Below, piece after piece: positions 10,755 through 21,600 of a DNA stretch of 64,000 nucleotides. The stretch is from the NCBI GenBank assembly GCA_041937175.2, contig CP166615.1, positions 864,001-928,000 on the forward strand. The letters run 5' to 3'. Position 1 is the first letter of the stretch, and every line of letters starts with the position of its first letter. Under the pieces are notes generated by a model. The model searched no databases. It had not been told where the DNA came from and worked only from the letters and a program-made list of their open reading frames with translations. Source of the DNA: Limnothrix sp. BL-A-16. Lineage in GTDB: Bacteria > Cyanobacteriota > Cyanobacteriia > CACIAM-69d. A program made the position numbers and the translations under genes.

Positions 10755-11567
10755 ATGAGCCAGGGAATGCAGCCCCCGATCGCCCTGACCATTGCCGGTT
10801 CCGATAGCGGTGGCGGCGCGGGAATTCAAGCCGATTTAAAAACCTTCGCCATGCACTGTGTCCACGGTGCTTGTGCCTTAACCTGTGTGACGGCCCAAAA
10901 CACCTTGGGGGTAACGCGGGTGGATCCGTTGACTCCGGCGGCGGTGCTGGCCCAAATTGATGCGGTGGCGATCGATTTAGGCATCGCAGCGGCCAAAACG
11001 GGCATGTTGCTGAATCGGGACATTATTTCGGCCGTGGTCGATCGACTCACAAGCGACCCGTTACCGGCCTTGGTCGTGGATCCGGTAATGGTGTCCCGCA
11101 CGGGAGCGCAATTGATTGATGATGACGCGGTGGCGCTGATGCGCGATCGACTGTTGCCCTTGGCGACAGTGGCCACGCCCAATTGCTATGAGGCGCAATT
11201 ATTGGCCGGACGGGCGATCGAGTCCTTGGCGGATTTGATCGTGGCGGCGAAAGCCATTTGGCAGTTGGGGCCCCAGGCGGTGGTGGTGAAGGGGGGCGGC
11301 CTACCGGGAGAGTTACGGGGCGTGGATGTGTGGTTTGCGGGCGATGAACCGGTGGTGTTGCGGACGGAAACCGTGGACACCCCCCACACCCACGGCACGG
11401 GCTGTAGTTTGTCTGCGGCGATCGCGGCGAACTTGGCTTTGGGGCAAGCCCCCTTGGCGGCAACCCAGGCAGCCAAAGCCTATGTTACGCAAGCATTGCG
11501 CCATTCTCTGGCGATCGGGCAAGGCCAGGGGCCGATCGGGCACTTTTTCCCGTTGTTGAACGGTTGA
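10755..11567 (+). CDS. thiD: Hydroxymethylpyrimidine/phosphomethylpyrimidine kinase
   Basis: ALTIAGSDSGGGAGIQADLKTF, VDPVM and HTHGTGC motifs. Confidence 0.97.
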   Translation: MSQGMQPPIALTIAGSDSGGGAGIQADLKTFAMHCVHGACALTCVTAQNTLGVTRVDPLTPAAVLAQIDAVAIDLGIAAAKTGMLLNRDIISAVVDRLTSDPLPALVVDPVMVSRTGAQLIDDDAVALMRDRLLPLATVATPNCYEAQLLAGRAIESLADLIVAAKAIWQLGPQAVVVKGGGLPGELRGVDVWFAGDEPVVLRTETVDTPHTHGTGCSLSAAIAANLALGQAPLAATQAAKAYVTQALRHSLAIGQGQGPIGHFFPLLNG

Positions 11568-11968
11568 TTGCCCCTGCATCGCACCCAGCTAATCCCTAAC
11601 TACCGATATCTAACCACCGATCTCCCACTGAAATCACACCCTAATTTCGCAATCCTGGAAGTTTTCAGCAAGAAATTGCCTAAACGCGCTGAATTTTCAC
11701 CAATCTCAGTTCCCTAGCGGGCGTGGGAAGATTTGGCGACCGATCACCGGCCAGTTTCGCAGGCGACAATCAGCCCCTCCCCAGTCCGGAAGTCTGCTGC
11801 TTCGGTAGGAAGAGGAAAAAAGATGGTGACGATCGCTACGACCGATGGTGAAAACACGGAAATTGGGCGATCGGGGACAGGCTGCTGCATGACTGAGATC
11901 GGTCTCCGTTTGCGATCGCCGTCGCCATCTGTGATTGCTAACCGAGTGAAACTAGAGACATCACAAAC

Positions 11969-12568
11969 ATGATGGGCGATCGAGCAATGATGAGCACGCA
12001 TTCCCCCAAATCTGGCCAGCGTCCAGAGGACAACGTGCGGGCGATCGCCGACGCGTTGGCCGTCTATCTCGCTTGGTCGTTCCGCAACAGTGTGACGCAG
12101 GTCAAAAAAACAACAACCGCGATCCCGGAAGTACCCGCTGTGGGTCGGTCAGCTTCGGATTCCCAACCATCAACCACGGTCGAAGCCATCGCCAACCAAC
12201 CGCCAGCCGGTTTGGCCGACTCTGGGGCCCCGTCTGCAACTTCGGAGAAGGCTGAGGGTGACTCAGTGGATTTACGGAGATTAGCCCAGTGGCGCGAGCT
12301 TGACCCGGACGCGATCGAGCCAATCCCTTCCTCTGAGTCATCTTCTGAGTCATGGCCGACGGCTGAACTGCGGGCAGAAACAGAACCCTCCCGTCAATTG
12401 CCAGGGTTAACTGCGGCCATGACCACCACGGAAACCGTTACCAGCGGTGTGAATTTCCAAAGTGAGCGATCGGGCACTGCCACTCCTGCTCAAGGATCGC
12501 CGGACTCCGATTGGGTAGATTTTTGGGCTGATCCTTGGGATACGGCTCTGGAACCGGGCATGGGTTAA
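11969..12568 (+). CDS. Hypothetical protein, Ser/Thr/Glu/Pro-rich low complexity
   Basis: 199-aa ORF filling the gap after thiD, with one helical stretch and a Trp-rich acidic C-terminus (DWVDFWADPWD). No recognisable family; start uncertain. Confidence 0.5.
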   Translation: MMGDRAMMSTHSPKSGQRPEDNVRAIADALAVYLAWSFRNSVTQVKKTTTAIPEVPAVGRSASDSQPSTTVEAIANQPPAGLADSGAPSATSEKAEGDSVDLRRLAQWRELDPDAIEPIPSSESSSESWPTAELRAETEPSRQLPGLTAAMTTTETVTSGVNFQSERSGTATPAQGSPDSDWVDFWADPWDTALEPGMG

Positions 12569-12666
12569 ACCGGCCCTCATTCGATCGCCTGGCGACAACC
12601 TTCGCGGCTAGCCTTCACGGCCGACCCATTCTGACCAACTGGGGCGAATTTTCTGAACCGACTGCC

Positions 12667-13119
12667 CTAAACCAGCCAGCCCGTTTCGTCATCATTACTC
12701 TTGCGCGGGTCGATCGGGCCCGAGACCGAACGGCGCGGCGGCAATCGGCGCGGGGTCGGCGCATTGGGACGAGTCAGGGGCTTCGGCAGATTGCGATCGT
12801 TCATCGGGTCGATCGGGGCGGGGGCAACCGGCGGAGCCAAATTCAAAATGCGGGGTTTGCTGCGGCGCTCCGGTACGATCGGGGCCGCCAATTTCGCCGG
12901 CAATTGTGGTGGCGTGCTGGCGGGAAGGCTACGGCTCGCGATCGCCGGGGCCGCAGGTTCCGCTTGCTGGGCTAACCATAACCGCAACCCATCCTCGATC
13001 GCGTTCCCAGGTGCATCGGTCAGTTCCAACACCCGATTGATCAAGGTCGGATCCAAGAAAACTGTATATTGCTCGCGATGTTGGCTGGACTGACCGGATG
13101 GGGCGGATGGTGCAGACAT
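12667..13119 (-). CDS. Hypothetical protein with a ribbon-helix-helix-like N-terminus and Pro-rich tail
   Basis: ATG 13119 is preferred over the track start. YTVFLDPTLINRVLELTDAPGNAIEDGLRLWL has a beta-alpha-alpha pattern; ends DDETGWLV. Confidence 0.6.
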   Translation of the reverse strand: MSAPSAPSGQSSQHREQYTVFLDPTLINRVLELTDAPGNAIEDGLRLWLAQQAEPAAPAIASRSLPASTPPQLPAKLAAPIVPERRSKPRILNLAPPVAPAPIDPMNDRNLPKPLTRPNAPTPRRLPPRRSVSGPIDPRKSNDDETGWLV

Positions 13120-13508
13120 GGAAAGCGTAGCGATCGGGTGGGCAAATAACTCAATCCATTGTCGCCTGTTTGGGGGCCGATCGCCCATGAACCTATGGCT
13201 CAACCAGTCTTGATCGGACGATCGGAAGCCCACCTCACTCAGGCAGGCGACAAGCCACCGACCGGCCGCCAACAGGCCGGCCACAAGCCATGGAGCGGAA
13301 ATTGGCTTGGCCAAATGGCTTGGGAAATGGGTCGAGCAAGATTGGGTAGCAATTCGGCAAAAAATTGGCAAAAAAAAGGAGAGTCGTTGCGGACTCTCCC
13401 AGTCATCAGGGTGCATCTACTTAGCACAGTATAACAGCAAGAGGGCGAGGGGTGTCACCCCCTTTTTGAAATTTTGATGAATTCTTGGAAATCCAGCCGG
13501 CCGATCGC

Positions 13509-14993
13509 CTAGCCATTCAGCAACTCCTCCAGCAATTGGTTCGTGAGCTTCGGATCCACGCGGCCGCCGCTCTTCTTCATCAGTTGCCCCACAAAGAAGC
13601 CCTTCAGCTTGGTTTTTCCCGCGCGATATTGCTCCAGTTCCGTCGGATGGGCCGCCAAAACCTCTTCGATCATGGCTTTGATCGCCCCTTGGTCGGAAAT
13701 TTGCACCAACCCCTTGCGATCGACCAAGGCCTTGGGTGAGCCACCTTCCGTTAACAGCTCCGGCAGAATGTCTTTGGCGATTTTGCCGCTGATGGTTCCA
13801 TTCACAATGAGACCCACCAACTCCGCCAACTCCGCTGGTTTCAGGGCCAAGTTGTCGATCGACTGTTTTTCGTTCTTCAACCAAGCGGCAATATCGCCCA
13901 TGATCCAGTTTGCCGCCTGCTTCACATCGCCCCCAGCGGCCACCGTGGCTTCAAAATATTCCGCCACTGCCCGCTCATCGGTCAGCACCTGGGCATCATA
14001 GGCCGACAAGCCCAACTCCGTTTCATAGCGATGGCGCTTTTGGGCGGGCAGCTCCGGTAGCTCCTTGCGCCAAGACTCCCGTTGCTCCTCCGACACCACG
14101 ATCGGGGTCAGATCCGGCTCTGGGAAATAGCGATAGTCGCTGGAGCCTTCCTTCGAGCGCATGGAAATGGTGCGTTGGCTGCCCTCTTCCCAAAGGCGGG
14201 TTTCTTGGACGATCGGCTCACCGGTTTCGATCGCCTCAATTTGGCGCTCAATTTCGTACTCGATCGCCCGCTGAATCGCGTTGAACGAGTTCATATTTTT
14301 GATTTCAACCTTCGTGCCAAAGGCCTTTTGGCCCACCGGTCGCACCGACACATTCACATCACAACGCAGGGAACCTTCCTGCATGTTGCCGTCACTGATG
14401 CCCAAATAGCGCACGATTCGGCGCAGTTCCTTGGCATATTCCGCCGCCTCTTGGCCCGTGCGAATGTCCGGCTCCGAAACGATTTCCACCAACGGCACAC
14501 CGGCCCGGTTGTAGTCCACCAGGGAATAGGCAGACCCGGCCAGGCGATCGGCTCCGGCATGAACCAACTTGCCCGCATCTTCTTCCATGTGCAAACGGGT
14601 AATGCCAATCCGCTTACGGGTAGCGTTCCCTTGCTTGTCCACAATTTCAACTTCCAGCCAACCATGTTCCGCGATCGGCAGGTCGTATTGGGAAATTTGA
14701 TAATTCTTGGGCAGGTCAGGATAGAAATATTGCTTGCGATCGAACTTGCTGTAGGGGGCGATCTGACAATTGAGGGCCAAGCCCGCCTTCACCGCATACT
14801 CCAACACCTTTTGGTTTAGCACCGGCAGCGTGCCCGGCAACCCCAAGCACACCGGATCCACATGGGTGTTGGGATCGGCTCCAAACTCCGTGGAACTGGT
14901 ACAGAAAATTTTGGTTTCCGTGCTCAGTTGACAGTGGGTTTCGAGACCAATGACGGCTTCGTATTCGGTCTTGGCAGGCGCGGCAACGGTCAT
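13509..14993 (-). CDS. gatB: Asp-tRNA(Asn)/Glu-tRNA(Gln) amidotransferase subunit B
   Basis: [45 protein letters not shown] and GFFVGQLMK. Start placed at MTVAAPAK. Confidence 0.98.
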   Translation of the reverse strand: MTVAAPAKTEYEAVIGLETHCQLSTETKIFCTSSTEFGADPNTHVDPVCLGLPGTLPVLNQKVLEYAVKAGLALNCQIAPYSKFDRKQYFYPDLPKNYQISQYDLPIAEHGWLEVEIVDKQGNATRKRIGITRLHMEEDAGKLVHAGADRLAGSAYSLVDYNRAGVPLVEIVSEPDIRTGQEAAEYAKELRRIVRYLGISDGNMQEGSLRCDVNVSVRPVGQKAFGTKVEIKNMNSFNAIQRAIEYEIERQIEAIETGEPIVQETRLWEEGSQRTISMRSKEGSSDYRYFPEPDLTPIVVSEEQRESWRKELPELPAQKRHRYETELGLSAYDAQVLTDERAVAEYFEATVAAGGDVKQAANWIMGDIAAWLKNEKQSIDNLALKPAELAELVGLIVNGTISGKIAKDILPELLTEGGSPKALVDRKGLVQISDQGAIKAMIEEVLAAHPTELEQYRAGKTKLKGFFVGQLMKKSGGRVDPKLTNQLLEELLNG

Positions 14994-15381
14994 ATGCTTG
15001 GCTGAACTTGCTGTGAGTGACGGTTGAGGCAAAAGCGGGGCAAAAGCTAATAAACAGCGAGGAACTGAGTCTGGCTGAATCAGCAGGCCTATTCAGTATC
15101 CATGGCTCATGGCCCGTCCAGTATTCCTACTGTGGGTCTTTGAGCGCGATCGGCTTAGAATCCCGAGAGGGCCCCAGTTGGCATCATCGAAGGGGTTCAT
15201 CAATAGTTGAGCCAGTGACCCAATCAACTAGCCAGACCATAACCCGATCAAAATGCTCGGACTTCATTCTATCGCTAGCGATCGCTCGGCCCCGGTTGGA
15301 AGCAAAACTTTTGACGGTTGACCTGTCTCTTTCAACTGGCCGTGCTGGTGGAATTCATCGCCAAGGATTAATCAACGGAAG

Positions 15382-16749
15382 GTGGCCGTGCAACGCAAGG
15401 GGCAAATCCTGATTGGGCTGTTGGGGGCAGTAGTGGTTGCGGGGCTGGGCCTGGAATGGTGGCTGCGTAGTGACCCGATTTTGAGGGCCGCGCGATCGGC
15501 CTATGACCAAGCCAACTGTGCGGCCGCGATTCCCCAGTTTCAGCAGGTGGCCGATCGATCCGCTCCGGACGATCGGGACCCAACGGCCGTGGAAAGTCGC
15601 TATCGGTTAGCGGAATGTCAGCTTTACCAAACCGCTGAGCAGGCCCAAAAGGCTCGCCAACTGAACAAGGCGTTTGGAGCCTATGTGCAATTTGCCAAGA
15701 TTTATCCCCACAGCGCTTTGATCGGGGCAGTTCGGGCGAATATTCGCCGGATTTTAGATCGCACCAGCCCGGGCAGCCTGGCCAGCGCGGAAGCTTGCCG
15801 AGGGTTAACCATTCTGCTCGATCGGGCTGTGGTTAGCGCCGAACACCCCAGCGCGCCCCTGCTGTTGTTGACCTGTGGGCGGCTGTTTACCCAACGGGCT
15901 GAATATGCGCGGGCTGTCCATACCTACGTGGCTCTAGAAATTCACTATCCCGATCATCCCGTGATGGGACTGTTTCCGGAGGAGCTGGCCCAATTGCTGC
16001 GGCTGGGGCAATTTTCAGAATCTTCGGTGCGCAATATCTATCAGGTGATTGAGCAACGGGACTTGGATCGGCTGAATTGGACAGCCCGCCCGGAACCGGA
16101 TACGGATTGGACGATGGCCAATCCGCGCTCTTGGGAACTGGTGCAACAATGGCTGGCCAATCCGGAATCTTGGCTGATTCTGGGAGGCGGGGCGGTGTGT
16201 TTGGGTTTGGGGCTGGCGGCCAGTCGCTGGTGGCGGCACCGATCGCCCCGGCCCCGGCGATCGGTTTCCCGACGATCGCCCGTGCGAGTCACCCAAGAAC
16301 GGCCTACGGGCTTTCGATTTGATGGGGGTCAATATCGCCTGACCCGGCAACAGCTCGACCAAATCAAGGCAGAACCCAGCCAGACCCTTCCCAAAACCCA
16401 ACCTCAGCGGCCCGATCGCCCTACGCCTTCCCCGTCCACCTCTTCCTCATCTTCCTCATCGCGATCCGCGTCGTCTCGATCGACTCCACCGCAGCCAACA
16501 CCACCCCCATCCCGACCTCAGCGCGATCGCCCGGCGGCCAAGCGGCCGCCCCGCCCAGACCCCAAACCCAAACCCGCAAAAAGTCGTGGCCCCAGCCGGG
16601 CCCTGGAAGCGCAACTGTTGCTGTTAGTGCAAAACCAACGATCGACCGCTGAACGCTTGGTGGCCTTGGAGCGATCGCGGATGCCGGGTAAGTCGGAGGA
16701 TTGGTATTGGCAGGCGGCGATCGAGCGACTCATTCGCGATCGGCGCTAA
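15382..16749 (+). CDS. Membrane protein: N-terminal TM, TPR/BamD-like helical domain, second TM, Pro/Ser-rich linker, small C-terminal domain
   Basis: 455 aa. Hydrophobic segments at ~aa 8-27 and ~262-282; AYVQFAKIYPHS and YVALEIHYPDH TPR-like repeats; C-terminus ...AERLV...PGKSEDWYWQAAIERLIRDRR. Confidence 0.75.
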   Translation: MAVQRKGQILIGLLGAVVVAGLGLEWWLRSDPILRAARSAYDQANCAAAIPQFQQVADRSAPDDRDPTAVESRYRLAECQLYQTAEQAQKARQLNKAFGAYVQFAKIYPHSALIGAVRANIRRILDRTSPGSLASAEACRGLTILLDRAVVSAEHPSAPLLLLTCGRLFTQRAEYARAVHTYVALEIHYPDHPVMGLFPEELAQLLRLGQFSESSVRNIYQVIEQRDLDRLNWTARPEPDTDWTMANPRSWELVQQWLANPESWLILGGGAVCLGLGLAASRWWRHRSPRPRRSVSRRSPVRVTQERPTGFRFDGGQYRLTRQQLDQIKAEPSQTLPKTQPQRPDRPTPSPSTSSSSSSSRSASSRSTPPQPTPPPSRPQRDRPAAKRPPRPDPKPKPAKSRGPSRALEAQLLLLVQNQRSTAERLVALERSRMPGKSEDWYWQAAIERLIRDRR

Positions 16750-16837
16750 TCAGGCGCTAATCAACTGCTGCTAATCAATCGTTACTAACCAATTGTTCCT
16801 AACCAATTTTTGTTAACCAATTGTTGTTAACCCAACC
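16745..16837. repeat. Short degenerate tandem repeats between convergent genes
   Basis: Iterated CTAATCA / TAACCAATTGTT units. Confidence 0.6.
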
Positions 16838-16845
16838 AGGAATCT

Positions 16846-17286
16846 TCAGGGTTGAACCGGGCGATCGCGATTGGCCAACCACCAACCCAGTCCAATGCCC
16901 AAAAAGCTGCAAACCAAATCCACCCCGCTAAAGGTGCGATTGGGGGACAAACTTTGTAGCCATTCTTCCGCCGCCGTCCAAATTGCAAAGCCCAAGGGAA
17001 ACAGGGGCCAAGCGCGGCCGCCCAGGCGAATGGTTTTCCAGCGGCTGAAGCGGTGGCCCAGGTAGCTGCCCATGGCGTAAAGAATGATGTGGCCGGGGAT
17101 GTCGTAGTGGGGAATTTTGCCTAAAAAACTGGGCAGGTTTCCCGTGTAGGCCAGCCAAAGAATGCCGCAAAATAACAGGCCATAGAAGGGAGCCAGCCAT
17201 CGCATCCAATCCACACGGGGCGATCGGGCGGTGGGCATGGAGTCAGGTTCGCTGGGGCGATCGAGCGGTGACATAGGTGGAGTCAA
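16846..17286 (-). CDS. VanZ-like membrane protein
   Basis: D..GH..LY, EE..Q..SPNRTFS..D and GI..G motifs with hydrophobic helices. Start uncertain. Confidence 0.8.
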   Translation of the reverse strand: MTPPMSPLDRPSEPDSMPTARSPRVDWMRWLAPFYGLLFCGILWLAYTGNLPSFLGKIPHYDIPGHIILYAMGSYLGHRFSRWKTIRLGGRAWPLFPLGFAIWTAAEEWLQSLSPNRTFSGVDLVCSFLGIGLGWWLANRDRPVQP

Positions 17287-18134
17287 GAGTCAGGAATAGG
17301 CGGCAAAGGATCCGGCAGCGATCGCACCCGCAGGTCTTGATAAAACTCCGTTTGTTCCAACTCCACCTTCGATTGCGATGCCAGCAGCAGCAACGCCCAA
17401 AAGGCCCCTGCCCGATCGCTCTTGGTGGGTTGGTCACTGAGCAGCTCACCTTGACCCATGGACCCATGATGCGCGATCGTCAGCGGAATTGCCTGGGGGC
17501 CCGTTCGGGGAACTTGAGCGACCAATTCATCAAAACTCAGCCATCGATCGCCAAAGGGACGCAAAAACGCCGCCAAGGCCTCCGAAACTTCCCCTAGGTT
17601 TTCTTGGTGCGCCAGTTGCTGCACCGCGCGCATTTTTTGGCGGCGATTGGGGCGGCGGGTTTTGCGGGGGCGGGCCGGTTGGGTGGCCAACAGGCTGGCC
17701 ACCTGCTGCAATTGCTCAATCATGTCGCCCAAGGACACGCGCCGCTGGCCGGTTTGGGGAGCCACGCCGCGCCGTTTCAGGCATTGTTCCAAATGTAGGG
17801 GCAGCCGACCACGGGCGATCGCCTCAATGGCAGCTTCCGCTTCTTCTTCCCAATCATCGCCCTCCGTCAGCGGGGGAAATTCCGCCAGGGTCAACCGGTT
17901 CGCCTTAATCAACACCAACAGGGCCGCCGAAACAAAGGCCTGAGCCGATCGGGACAGATGGACATCGTAGGCCGCCTTGCCCATTTGGCCCGCCACCGGT
18001 TCGATCGCCCGTTGCAGTTGATCCAAGTACCGATCCAACACCTCTACGGCCCGCACATCCCACGGGTCGATCGACCCCTGTTCCGCCATTTCAATTAATG
18101 AGGCGATCGTTTCTTGGATGACTAATCCAGCCAT
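17283..18134 (-). CDS. scpA: Segregation and condensation protein A (kleisin)
   Basis: IDPWDV...V.DRYL, AFVSAALLVLIKA and C-terminal FWALLLLASQSKVELEQTEFYQDL. Confidence 0.93.
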   Translation of the reverse strand: MAGLVIQETIASLIEMAEQGSIDPWDVRAVEVLDRYLDQLQRAIEPVAGQMGKAAYDVHLSRSAQAFVSAALLVLIKANRLTLAEFPPLTEGDDWEEEAEAAIEAIARGRLPLHLEQCLKRRGVAPQTGQRRVSLGDMIEQLQQVASLLATQPARPRKTRRPNRRQKMRAVQQLAHQENLGEVSEALAAFLRPFGDRWLSFDELVAQVPRTGPQAIPLTIAHHGSMGQGELLSDQPTKSDRAGAFWALLLLASQSKVELEQTEFYQDLRVRSLPDPLPPIPDS

Positions 18135-18193
18135 AGACGACGGTGGAGAAGGGGAGTGGAAATAGTTGGGTTAGCGTGCTGGGGTTGGGAACC

Positions 18194-18358
18194 CTAGTGG
18201 CATGACAGGCTTAATTCATTAGGGCAATGTTGCGGAGTCAGTCGCAATAACAAGGGGCTTAATCCCCTTGCTGCCTAACGATTCGGTAACAGCAACAGTT
18301 CACTCACGTTAACAGTCATTTGACTTCACCTGTGAAAATAAACTTGCCGTGCTACTAG
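18194..18358. mobile_element. MITE-like element, family B (CTAG-bounded; TIR ~TAGTAGCRCG)
   Basis: Ends CTAGTGGCATGAC ... GCCGTGCTACTAG; internal CAAGGGGCTTAATCCCCTTG (18251-18270); colinear with 38784-38931. Confidence 0.75.
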
Positions 18359-18380
18359 GCTAAAAAAACGGGCTGAAAAA

Positions 18381-19436
18381 TTAGTGATGGCCCAGGGATT
18401 CCCGATTGGACTGTTGCAACCACTCGATCGTCCGGCGACAGCCTTCCTCAAAGGAGACCGGCGCACGATAACCCAAGCGGGTTTCCGCTTCTGTTAAGGG
18501 TAAATGCCATTGGCAGCGGTAGAGCGCCGAAAGCTCCTGATTCAAAGGCGACAACACCGGGCGCGGCCGCTGGCCACTGGCTCGTTTGCGTTGGGCCTGC
18601 AAACCCGATAGCAACGTCCCCACCAGGCGCATTCCTCGCAGTGTTTCCTTTAACTCTTCCTTCACACTGGGACGAAAGGCTGCAATTTCGACATTGGGCA
18701 GTTGGTCAAAGGATTGACCAAGGGCCGCCGCGATCGGGCGGTAAAAGTCAGCCCAGGTCACCACTTCCTGATCCCCAATGAAAAAAGCCGCGCGATCGAC
18801 CTTGGCCGCTTCGGCCGCTAACGCAATCCCATGGACTAAGTTATCCACATAGACACTGTTGCAAATGCCACGCCCATAGTCGGCTTGGTAAGCCACACCA
18901 TCGGTGACCGCATTGGCGAAAGCCTCGATCCAAGTGGATTTGGGGCCCCAAACAATCCCGGGACGGATGATGACCAACTCAGTTTTGGTCTGCGATCGAT
19001 CGGCCTGTAAGCGCCACTCTGCCCTCACCTTGGCGTTGTTGTAGGCGATCGGGTAGTTGTCCCGCAGCGGGCTTTTTTCCGTGGTGCCGGGGGCCGGCGC
19101 TTGGCCATGCACCACAGCGCTGCTGAGATAGATAAATCGTTTCACCTCAGCATCGGCGGCCGCCTGGTAAACCACGGGCGCGTTTTTGCGCACAAAACTG
19201 GGACTACCGGCCAGGCAATAGACCGCCGCTTGGCAACCGGTCAGGGCTTGGGCCAGGGAAGTCGGTTTGGTGGCATCAGCAATCCGGGCGATCGCCCCTT
19301 CCGGCACATGCTTGGGCACCGATCGCCCGATCGCCACCACCGTGAAGTTGGGATCTTGTGCCAATATCTCCACGACCCGTTGGCCAATAAATCCGCTGGC
19401 TCCAATTACGCCCAAGGTTACGGTCATCTTTGCCAA
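18381..19436 (-). CDS. NAD-dependent epimerase/dehydratase (extended SDR)
   Basis: GASGFIG Rossmann motif, YLSS, Y...K (YNNAK) and IRPGIVWGP. Confidence 0.9.
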   Translation of the reverse strand: MAKMTVTLGVIGASGFIGQRVVEILAQDPNFTVVAIGRSVPKHVPEGAIARIADATKPTSLAQALTGCQAAVYCLAGSPSFVRKNAPVVYQAAADAEVKRFIYLSSAVVHGQAPAPGTTEKSPLRDNYPIAYNNAKVRAEWRLQADRSQTKTELVIIRPGIVWGPKSTWIEAFANAVTDGVAYQADYGRGICNSVYVDNLVHGIALAAEAAKVDRAAFFIGDQEVVTWADFYRPIAAALGQSFDQLPNVEIAAFRPSVKEELKETLRGMRLVGTLLSGLQAQRKRASGQRPRPVLSPLNQELSALYRCQWHLPLTEAETRLGYRAPVSFEEGCRRTIEWLQQSNRESLGHH

Positions 19437-19469
19437 CTAACTCCATGCTCGGAAAACTGGGATGGGGGA

Positions 19470-19553
19470 CTAGGGTTTGTTGTCCAATCGTCTGAAACCC
19501 TGATTCCACCGTAACAAATCGTAGGGGGCAAGGGGCTTAAGCCCCTTGTCTAG
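19470..19553. mobile_element. Partial MITE-like element, family A
   Basis: CTAGGGTTTGTTGTCC...CTGAAACCCTGATTCC...GTAGGGGGCAAGGGGCTTAAGCCCCTTG; its reverse complement matches 42318-42397. Confidence 0.75.
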
Positions 19554-19609
19554 GGCAGTTAGCGATGGGAACTGGAGCATCTGGGAAATTTGGGCGATCG
19601 ACAAAATGC

Positions 19610-20866
19610 CTAGTCCCGCTCCGTGCGTACCCATTCCGTCTGTCGCCGCTTCAGGAATCCCAGATAAATGGGTACTTTTTGCAGCACATAGATCGGAATC
19701 ATCAGCAACATGCGGGCCGACAGGAACGGCCGCCCCACTCGCCACCAAGCCAGGCCGATCGCCCCAAACAAGACCAACCCCAACACCCCCATCCCGATCG
19801 CGGGTTGCCAGCGCCCCACCAGGGCTCCCAAACCGGTCACCGCGATCGCCGCGCCCACCCAAATCATCACCAAAAACGACAGGGGCGGCACCAGCAAATC
19901 CAACCCCATCACCAGCAGGGGGCCATTTCCGGTGCGAATGGCCCGCCCCAACAACGGCGGCACCACGGAAATCATCGTCTGCAAATGACCATGTTCCCAG
20001 CGGGTGCGTTGGCTGGTGGCGGCGCTTTCGGCCTGGGGCAACCGACCGGTCACGGGCGCATCGGGGCAAAACAAGGGCGGAGAGCCGGCCACCGTCAGAT
20101 CAATGCCCATTTGCATATCCTCCACCAGATTGCCGCTGGCGAGGGGGAGTTGGGCGATCGCCTGCCAAGGAAACGCCATCCCCGTCCCATTTAACAAACA
20201 GGGCAACCCCAGCCGCCGCAATCCCTCCGATCGGGCAAAATTCTTGACCGCAAAGGCAAAGGCCGAAACCCGCCGCGCCGCACTGGGAGAGGGCGGCAGT
20301 TCCATCAAGTAGCGCCCTTGTACCGGGCGATCGTACTTCAGCGCCCATTGCCCCAAACGATCCAAACTACCCGGCTCCAGGGTGCAATCCGCATCCACAA
20401 TCACCACCACTTCCGGCGGCTCCTGGGCCAACACTTGCACCCCAAAATCGAGAGCATAGCCCTTGCCCCGCTGCTCGCTGTTGAAGCGCTCCGCCACGGT
20501 CGCGCCGGCCGATCGGGCCAGTTCCGCCGTGGCATCGGTGCAGTTATCCGCCACCACCAATAGTTGATCGCCCGGTTGCAACTGGGGCTGAATGGCTTGG
20601 ATGGTTGTCCCGATCGAGGCCGCCTCATTGTGAGCCGGAATCAGCACCGCCACCCTGGGCCGTCGCCAGCCCGCCGTGGAGGGCGATCGGCCAAAACCCG
20701 GCAACAGCCCTCCCACCAAACACTCGATCGCCAACATCGCGATCGGCAACGATACCAGACCCGTCACGCCCCACAGGGCCCACTCCACTCCCAAGGCGAC
20801 CTCAACCACCCCGGATTCAAGCAGCAGCGGCGGCATCGGTTGCCAGATTGAGAAGCAGTTAGCCAT
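19610..20866 (-). CDS. Glycosyltransferase family 2 with TM helices
   Basis: VLIPAHNE, VVADNCTD, GKGYAL, VDAD, EDM and QRTRW (Q..RW) motifs. Start uncertain (20866 or 20836). Confidence 0.92.
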   Translation of the reverse strand: MANCFSIWQPMPPLLLESGVVEVALGVEWALWGVTGLVSLPIAMLAIECLVGGLLPGFGRSPSTAGWRRPRVAVLIPAHNEAASIGTTIQAIQPQLQPGDQLLVVADNCTDATAELARSAGATVAERFNSEQRGKGYALDFGVQVLAQEPPEVVVIVDADCTLEPGSLDRLGQWALKYDRPVQGRYLMELPPSPSAARRVSAFAFAVKNFARSEGLRRLGLPCLLNGTGMAFPWQAIAQLPLASGNLVEDMQMGIDLTVAGSPPLFCPDAPVTGRLPQAESAATSQRTRWEHGHLQTMISVVPPLLGRAIRTGNGPLLVMGLDLLVPPLSFLVMIWVGAAIAVTGLGALVGRWQPAIGMGVLGLVLFGAIGLAWWRVGRPFLSARMLLMIPIYVLQKVPIYLGFLKRRQTEWVRTERD

Positions 20867-21600
20867 AGGTCGATCGCCTGGGAAATAAAGAGTCTCTTGG
20901 TGATTGGTTGAGCGAATCGCCTCCGCCACCCCCAAGGGCCAGTTCAGGGCCCCATGAGCGCCAAATTTGCGCCAAATAGGCCAATCACCGGCACTTCACC
21001 TAGCTGAAACATCAGTCGCAATACTCGTCAAAACACCCTTAATCGGCCCCATTCTGCCTAAAACCACAGGGCTTGCAAAGGGCTTCAGTCAAGAATTGCC
21101 AGCTTGAGAGAACTTCCCCATTGTCTCCAATCGGCTTAATTCAACCCCAATTCAGACTCGATTCAAATGGGGAAATTCATTGGCCAGTTTTTTAAAGACT
21201 TTTTGAATGATTGATCGAAAAACGATTATCTTGATGCTCTCAATCACAGTGGGCATTATGATAGCTTCATAAGGATCCGGGGTGCAAGCCAGCATTGGGC
21301 AAGGCCATTACAGCTATTAATTGGGTATCACGATTAGGCCCTGGATGAAACAGGCAAATTGGGTCGTTGAACTGAGCCATTGAATTCGGCAATTAGACCA
21401 ATTTTGACCTAATGGGGAAATTAACCCTGAGGCTGTTCCCCAAGGGTGGATGAATATCACGAGTGCAGCGAGTATGTTTGACCAGATCTCTGGAACGATC
21501 AGCATTTTTGTCTTTCGAGTCACTGATTATCCGTCTCTCATCACTGCACAATCACTCTGAGTGTCACATCTCAATGACTACCTATTTTGGAGAGGCTGCC

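Noticed and set aside
13448..13467. GGGGT-GTC-ACCCC hairpin with T-run downstream of gatB
   Set aside because: The T-run is on the plus strand, opposite to both flanking genes, and the stem is short; not enough to call a terminator or sRNA.
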